NCBI GenBank assembly: GCA_018303825.1
Contig: JAGVXK010000005.1
Span: forward strand, 1 to 12,141
Length of the DNA stretch: 12,141 nucleotides
DNA from: Candidatus Pacearchaeota archaeon
Lineage (GTDB): Archaea; Nanobdellota; Nanobdellia; Pacearchaeales; GW2011-AR1
Direction of reading: 5' to 3'
In this document: positions 7,820 through 12,141 of the stretch, piece after piece
How the letters are laid out: every line of letters begins with the position of its first letter
Position numbering within the stretch: position 1 is the first letter of the stretch
Notes under the pieces: generated by a model
The model's input: the letters and a program-made list of their open reading frames with translations, nothing else
Database searches by the model: none
Told to the model about the DNA's origin: nothing
Program-made: the position numbers and the translations under genes

Positions 7820-7979
7820 CCCCCTATAGCTCAATGGTAGAGCACTCGGCTGTAGACATTTATTGTCTAACACAGACATTCCTGAAGGGGAAGTGGATGA
7901 AGTGTGATAAGATTCTCCTGGTAGCAGGAGAAAGTTCGACAGAACCCGGGTTACCCCAGTCCGATTCTGGGTGGGGGGA
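7820..7979 (+). tRNA. tRNA-Tyr(GTA) with an 89-nt intron at 37/38
   Basis: Acceptor CCCCCTA/TGGGGGG, D-arm GCTC-AATGGTA-GAGC, anticodon stem CTCGG/CCGGG, anticodon GTA at 7852-7854, T-arm CCCAG-TCCGATT-CTGGG. C1-G72 and A73 are archaeal Tyr identity elements. CCA is not encoded. Confidence 0.93.
7856..7944 (+). other. tRNA intron (bulge-helix-bulge type, relaxed outer helix)
   Basis: CTGT (tRNA 32-35) pairs with ACAG (7939-7942); 3-nt bulges AG|A and AA|C place the cuts after 7855 and 7944. Contains an 8-bp hairpin TTCTCCTG-GTAG-CAGGAGAA (7913-7932). Confidence 0.8.
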
Positions 7980-7981
7980 TT
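7966..7981 (+). repeat. att-like direct repeat, copy 1 (tRNA-Tyr 3' end)
   Basis: TCTGGGTGGGGGGATT, identical to 9646-9661. Confidence 0.9.
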
Positions 7982-8010
7982 AAGTTCATTTTGTCGTTGA
8001 TAAAATGCGA

Positions 8011-8032
8011 TTTTGGTCCAAAAATGGGACCA
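8011..8032. repeat. GG(T/A)CCA palindromic/repeated motif just inside the left att
   Basis: TTTTGG-T-CCAAAA palindrome (8011-8023) overlapping the inverted pair TGGTCC/GGACCA (8014-8019, 8027-8032). Confidence 0.5.
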
Positions 8033-8095
8033 GAGTCGGAGTATTATGTAATGAATTTAAGGAGCGAGTGACTTGGTTTTTTTATTTTAGAAAGG

Positions 8096-8103
8096 GTTAA
8101 AAA
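8096..8103 (+). promoter_or_regulatory. TATA-like box (GTTAAAAA) after a GAAAGG BRE, for the islet gene
   Basis: Ends 21 nt before the ATG at 8125. Confidence 0.55.
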
Positions 8104-8124
8104 GTAGATTCTACTTACGAGAAT

Positions 8125-9594
8125 ATGAAAATATTTGAGATGATTAAGGAACAAAATTCCTATGTAAAACTACCAATTTACTTCGCTTTTGTTTTTACAT
8201 TCATTTGGTCTTTATTCCAACTAGCGGGAATTTATATTTTTGGGATTAGAGGAGGATTTCTTCCATTTTATAGCCTATATTTAGTGTTTGGATATGGCTA
8301 TTTAATCAATGTTATTATTTTTGCTTTTATAGGATTTCTTCTCGGTCTTTTTAGCCATCTATTCAATAAGAAGTGGTGTGATAAAAATTACCTAAGACTT
8401 GCCTTGCTCATTTCACTGTTCTTTAGTTTAATCTTCCTTATTAGATTAGTAATAGTGACCAACGCCTCTGCTGGCGAAGGTTGGGGTGCATTATTTGCTC
8501 TAAAGTTTGTGATTATGGGGATTCCAATCGGTTTCGTCCTTTCTTTTTCTATTTTCAGCCCGATTATATTGTCGATAAAAGGAGCTTATGCTAATTTAGA
8601 AGAAAATTCAAGAAAAACTATTAACAAAATTGCTATTTGTACAATGTTTATAGTGATAGTCCTTTACTTGCTTTCTTCTTTGTTTAATTATTCCGCGATT
8701 GCGATTGCAGAATCTTCATGTCAAGGTTTACCGAAACCAAGAAGTATTGATTTAAGCATTAATGAAATAAAGGTTTTTGAAGATTACTTAATTTTAAGTG
8801 GCGCAGGATTACCAAACAAAAAAGAGGTTTATGACAATTATGCAATTGAGAATGGGATAAATATTGAGGAAAATGGATACGCTATCTTTCCAACTTATGA
8901 CGATTGGGGCAATTATCGTGGAACCACATATGATTATTATTATAACTATAATTTAACTGTCCCTTGGTTGTTGGCACTTAAAAAAACTATAAACAACGAG
9001 ACCTTAGAGTATGAACTAGTTACTAAAGCTATTGGGGAGAAGCGTGCGACTCAAGATCCGCTAACATTGGACGACTTAATAAATAATCTGGCTTACACAC
9101 AAGCAAATACAAAAGGATCTCCTGCACCAACAATCGGTGCGCAGGGCGAATTATCAGATTACATTGACAGGAAAGGCATTTCTGCAGAAAAGCTAACTGA
9201 GTTATTTTCAAACGTCTGTTTCCCAGAAGAATCTCGCGCTTATTTCATTGCGCTGGCCGATAATCGGGCCGGAAGGGATTATTATTCATTAGATGATGTT
9301 AGATTAATTGTTAAAAAGGCAAAAGAATCAGTCAAATACTTCAGAGATACAAAAAACATACAAAGAGCGGAATGGAACATAAATCACATGGATTATTATG
9401 TATACTTTGTTTCGGGTGGTTATGGGCGATACGGAAATAGGACGGAATTAATAAACGGATTGTGCTGTGCAAATACTGACTGTTGCTTAGAAGGAGGATA
9501 TGAGGATATAATGGACAACTCAACACATGTCCTCTGGAGTTGCAGGGGATTAAATGGCGGATTGAATGTGAATTGCTCTGGACTTATTCGTTAA
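8125..9594 (+). CDS. Hypothetical polytopic membrane protein (about 5-6 N-terminal TM helices) with a large soluble domain and Cys-rich C-terminus
   Basis: Hydrophobic segments over roughly aa 14-195, then a hydrophilic domain with NxS/T sequons ending in CCANTDCC...C...C. No family recognised. Confidence 0.8.
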   Translation: MKIFEMIKEQNSYVKLPIYFAFVFTFIWSLFQLAGIYIFGIRGGFLPFYSLYLVFGYGYLINVIIFAFIGFLLGLFSHLFNKKWCDKNYLRLALLISLFFSLIFLIRLVIVTNASAGEGWGALFALKFVIMGIPIGFVLSFSIFSPIILSIKGAYANLEENSRKTINKIAICTMFIVIVLYLLSSLFNYSAIAIAESSCQGLPKPRSIDLSINEIKVFEDYLILSGAGLPNKKEVYDNYAIENGINIEENGYAIFPTYDDWGNYRGTTYDYYYNYNLTVPWLLALKKTINNETLEYELVTKAIGEKRATQDPLTLDDLINNLAYTQANTKGSPAPTIGAQGELSDYIDRKGISAEKLTELFSNVCFPEESRAYFIALADNRAGRDYYSLDDVRLIVKKAKESVKYFRDTKNIQRAEWNINHMDYYVYFVSGGYGRYGNRTELINGLCCANTDCCLEGGYEDIMDNSTHVLWSCRGLNGGLNVNCSGLIR

Positions 9595-9645
9595 ATACCC
9601 CTCAATTTCTTTCTAAAAACCCTAACTGTTACAGAATTGCTCTGA

Positions 9646-9661
9646 TCTGGGTGGGGGGATT
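9646..9661 (+). repeat. att-like direct repeat, copy 2 (tRNA-Tyr 3' fragment)
   Basis: TCTGGGTGGGGGGATT, preceded by TCTGA, a degenerate echo of the T-loop TCCGAT. Confidence 0.9.
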
Positions 9662-9800
9662 CATGCTTCTAGAAATTCAATATATCTATAGTGAAAACGT
9701 AAGTAAATGAACCAAAATAGCACGTCTTTCCCTTGATAGTCAAGACATCTTTGGTAAGATATTAATGTCATTGACTATAATAGAACAGAGCTATAAAACC

Positions 9801-9838
9801 GAAAACCTTAAATACTAAGTGTTTATTATTTATATAAA
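9801..9838 (+). promoter_or_regulatory. Promoter region of the RHH operon
   Basis: GAAAAC-CTTAAATA (BRE+TATA, 9801-9814) and a palindromic TTTATATAAA (9829-9838). Confidence 0.5.
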
Positions 9839-9845
9839 GGAAGGT

Positions 9846-9890
9846 TAATTTATCATAATTAGAGATAATTAGAAGTAATTATTACTAAGT
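9846..9890. promoter_or_regulatory. Array of five TAA(T/G)T repeats at exact 10-bp spacing (putative RHH operator)
   Basis: TAATT at 9846, 9856, 9866, 9876 and TAAGT at 9886; includes palindrome AGTAAT-T-ATTACT (9874-9886); ends 3 nt before the RHH ATG. Confidence 0.6.
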
Positions 9891-9893
9891 AAA

Positions 9894-10052
9894 ATGGAAA
9901 AGGGAGTCAAAGTTAAAAAATTTTTATTGGAAATTCCGGAAGAAATTTGGAATAAATGGAAAAATACAGTTCCCCGTTCTATTTCTTTAAATAAAGCGTT
10001 GATTGAACTATTAAAAAAGAAGGGAGAAAAAGATGAAAGCCAAAAGGGATAA
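9894..10052 (+). CDS. Ribbon-helix-helix (CopG/Arc/MetJ-like) DNA-binding protein, 52 aa
   Basis: Manual translation MEKGVKVKKFLLEIPEEIWNKWKNTVPRSISLNKALIELLKKKGEKDESQKG shows the beta strand (KFLLEIP), helix A (EEIWNKWK) and helix B (SLNKALIELLKK). Below the ORF-track length cutoff. Confidence 0.8.
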   Translation: MEKGVKVKKFLLEIPEEIWNKWKNTVPRSISLNKALIELLKKKGEKDESQKG

Positions 10053-10059
10053 AAAATCT

Positions 10060-10701
10060 ATGAAAAAAAGAGTAATGATAACGCTTTTACTAGCTATTTT
10101 ATCTATTTTCATTATGGGCTCTTTTATTTTTTTCGTTACAAAATCGACTGATAATTTAAGTATATCCAACTTAGTAATATTAAGAGAATCTGTAAAAAAT
10201 CTTTCAGAATTGAAATGTGAAGAGTTTGAAGAAGATATTTGGTGGAGTAGCGATATTGTTCATAATAGTGCTGGCTCAACAGTCTATTACACATGGAAAC
10301 CAAAAAATTTATGCAATGAAACAAAAAGCGAAAATTGTTTTTTGCAAAAGGTAATTGTAAACAGTAGAACAATTTATCTAAGCACTAATGATAAAAAAAT
10401 TGATGTAAAAAACTATGTTCAAATTTCAAGCTTGGATAAAACAGAATATAAGAGTCCGGAGAAAGGGAATTATAATATTTATCTTGCTTATGGACAATCA
10501 GAAGGAATTGAAGGAATTGAAAATAAATGGTATTGTGGATATGAAAAAAGTGATTCATATGAACTAATTAAATCGAATTCAAAATGCATATTAACTAACA
10601 AGCTTACAAGTAGTTCCGGATATTTCGGGATAAAGGTGTATGCTTCTCAATCTTCAATAGTTGATATTTTCAAGATTAAATATATTTTATGCTGGAAATA
10701 A
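10060..10701 (+). CDS. N-terminally anchored extracellular protein (213 aa) with one six-cysteine domain
   Basis: MKKRVMITLLLAILSIFIMGSFIFFV anchor/signal. Start moved from 10033 to ATG 10060, just after the RHH stop. Paralogous to the N-terminal domain of the next gene. Confidence 0.8.
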   Translation: MKKRVMITLLLAILSIFIMGSFIFFVTKSTDNLSISNLVILRESVKNLSELKCEEFEEDIWWSSDIVHNSAGSTVYYTWKPKNLCNETKSENCFLQKVIVNSRTIYLSTNDKKIDVKNYVQISSLDKTEYKSPEKGNYNIYLAYGQSEGIEGIENKWYCGYEKSDSYELIKSNSKCILTNKLTSSSGYFGIKVYASQSSIVDIFKIKYILCWK

Positions 10702-10703
10702 AA

Positions 10704-12141
10704 ATGAATAAAAGAAATTTAATCAAAAAGAATAATATCTTGATTTTTATGATATTTAGTCTTGGAGCCTTTATATTTTTAATATGGACTTCAGAGCAAG
10801 TGTCTGCAGCAAAGGCAGATCAATTTTATTATGAAAATTATACTTGTGAGAATTTCACTGATATTGTTGGATTGACGGCTATGTCTGCAAAAACTGTGGC
10901 CACATCTTCGTATTATAATTGGAGCATGGGCACTTCTTGTCCAGGAACAAAAGGTTGTGATCTTCTTTCTATATACACTTATACGAGGTATGTTAACATT
11001 GTTGATAGCACAAATATGCCAGTTGGAGGAAGCTATACTCAAATTGGAAATAAAACAGAATCACCAGTATCCGCCTGGACAGGAATCAGATATGCTAGTT
11101 ATAATGACGCTCCGGTTAATGACACGGCGCTCGGTCCACGATGGGAATGCGCAGCCATTACATCTCCAAATAATACATGCAGTGTATTGGAGAAAGGATT
11201 TAACAATCGTTCAATAAACTATTCTGTTCGATTGTATGCAGGTTATGGCGGCGGAGCAAATAAATGGAGAGTTCTTATTGATGTCTTTAACATAAGATAT
11301 CCATGGTGCTGGACACCAATTATTTCTGATGCGAAGGTTTCTCCTGAAAGTGAAGATTATAACACTCAATTCACTTTTACAATTAATGTTACGAATCCCA
11401 TAGCAACAACAAATGTTTCTTTATGGACAAGGACTGTCGGAGGAAGTTGGACTTTTGTAAGCTCTCGGACGTGTACAAATTGTAGTAGACAAAATTTAAC
11501 ATTCACAAAAACATTCACTTCGGGCGATATTGGAGACCAGGAATTCAAGTTCAATGCAACAGATAATCAAGGATTTAGTACCCAAGCTGGAAATCCTTCA
11601 ACTCTTGGAACAAGAACAAATGAATGCATAGATTCTGGAAATGATTGCGTGTTTACGATAACAAATGTTGTTGTATCATCGGGAGCTCCCACTCTTGAAT
11701 ATGAAACAGTTAATGGAGTTACTTCTGAAGCTACAGAAGGGTGGGGAAAGCCAAACTGGGTATTTAGTGTAAACGTAAGCAATCCGGCAGGGGGAGCAGG
11801 AAATATATCTTTAAATCTCAGTATCAATACTGGATCTGGTTTTGTAAAAAAGGCAAATTCCACCTGTTTTGCTCCATGCTCAACTCCGGCAAATTTCACA
11901 TTTTATCTTAATCTTAGCTGTTCTGATATTTCAGGTACTGCTCAATATAGATTTACAGCCACAAATTTAAATGGCACTTCAACTACAACACAATCCTTCA
12001 TAATCGAGAAAGATGACATAACATTTGAGCATGTTCTTGGAAATGGAAGCATTGCAAACAGATCTGGAGAACAGCTTGATGGATTTGAGCTGAGAGTGTT
12101 TGACAATGATAATAACACTTATATTATGAATAATACAAATA
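10704..12141 (+). CDS. Large secreted surface glycoprotein (adhesin/S-layer-like), 3'-partial
   Basis: Open frame of 479 codons from ATG 10704 to the window end (absent from the track because no stop). Signal peptide ending VSA; Thr/Asn/Ser-rich; about 24 NxS/T sequons; repeated Ig-like units. Confidence 0.88.
   Translation, partial: MNKRNLIKKNNILIFMIFSLGAFIFLIWTSEQVSAAKADQFYYENYTCENFTDIVGLTAMSAKTVATSSYYNWSMGTSCPGTKGCDLLSIYTYTRYVNIVDSTNMPVGGSYTQIGNKTESPVSAWTGIRYASYNDAPVNDTALGPRWECAAITSPNNTCSVLEKGFNNRSINYSVRLYAGYGGGANKWRVLIDVFNIRYPWCWTPIISDAKVSPESEDYNTQFTFTINVTNPIATTNVSLWTRTVGGSWTFVSSRTCTNCSRQNLTFTKTFTSGDIGDQEFKFNATDNQGFSTQAGNPSTLGTRTNECIDSGNDCVFTITNVVVSSGAPTLEYETVNGVTSEATEGWGKPNWVFSVNVSNPAGGAGNISLNLSINTGSGFVKKANSTCFAPCSTPANFTFYLNLSCSDISGTAQYRFTATNLNGTSTTTQSFIIEKDDITFEHVLGNGSIANRSGEQLDGFELRVFDNDNNTYIMNNTN

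Larger units (their letters stand above)
7966..9661. mobile_element. tRNA-integrated genomic islet (1,680 bp between repeats), one gene, no integrase
   Basis: Bounded by perfect 16-bp repeats of the tRNA 3' end; contains only ORF 8125-9594. Confidence 0.7.

Noticed and set aside
7850-7878. Alternative or nested BHB using ACAG at 7872-7875, implying a second intron
   Set aside because: The central helix forms but both flanking helices fail, so no nested intron is supported.
7632-7983. ORFs 7632-7814 (-) and 7798-7983 (+)
   Set aside because: They cover the tRNA promoter and the tRNA gene itself; no coding support.
8085-9618. 10-bp inverted repeat TTTTAGAAAG / CTTTCTAAAA flanking the islet gene (possible transposon TIRs)
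   Set aside because: AT-rich and short, no target-site duplication, and the left copy coincides with the promoter BRE.
9661-9771. 36-codon minus-strand ORF ending at the right att
   Set aside because: Too short, no motif, and no promoter at the spacing seen for other genes.
9846-9890. CRISPR-like or integron-like reading of the repeats
   Set aside because: Units are 5 bp at a 10-bp period with no unique spacers; there is no cas gene, attC structure or integron integrase in the window.
9029-11899. Track ORFs 9029-9211, 9341-9526, 10136-10372, 10791-11042, 10957-11217, 11366-11554, 11567-11899
   Set aside because: They are shadows of the islet gene, the 213-aa gene and the long open frame starting at 10704.

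Overview
Archaeal window, AT-rich. The gene set and promoter style suggest DPANN, probably Pacearchaeota/Woesearchaeota-like (inference). The left two-thirds looks like core genome: an Sfm1-type SPOUT methyltransferase, a patatin phospholipase, a lipoprotein with a JAB-like motif, an archease-rtcB tRNA-splicing ligase operon, a matrixin+CARDB protease, two hypotheticals, and tRNA-Tyr(GTA) with an 89-nt structured intron. The right third looks accessory and is anchored at the tRNA. A perfect 16-bp copy of the tRNA 3' end recurs 1,680 bp downstream, bracketing an integrase-less islet with one membrane-protein gene. After it comes an operon partly missed by the ORF track: 10-bp-phased operator-like repeats, a 52-aa ribbon-helix-helix gene, a 213-aa anchored protein, and a large glycosylated surface protein running off the window. 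The 213-aa protein is a stand-alone paralog of the six-cysteine N-terminal domain of the large protein. Other oddities: a tandem synonymous duplicate of the rtcB 3' end, a K-loop-like motif and an alternative-pairing switch in the tRNA intron, a REP/IS200-605-like hairpin bridging two genes, and a fixed 21-nt TATA-to-ATG spacing in six genes.
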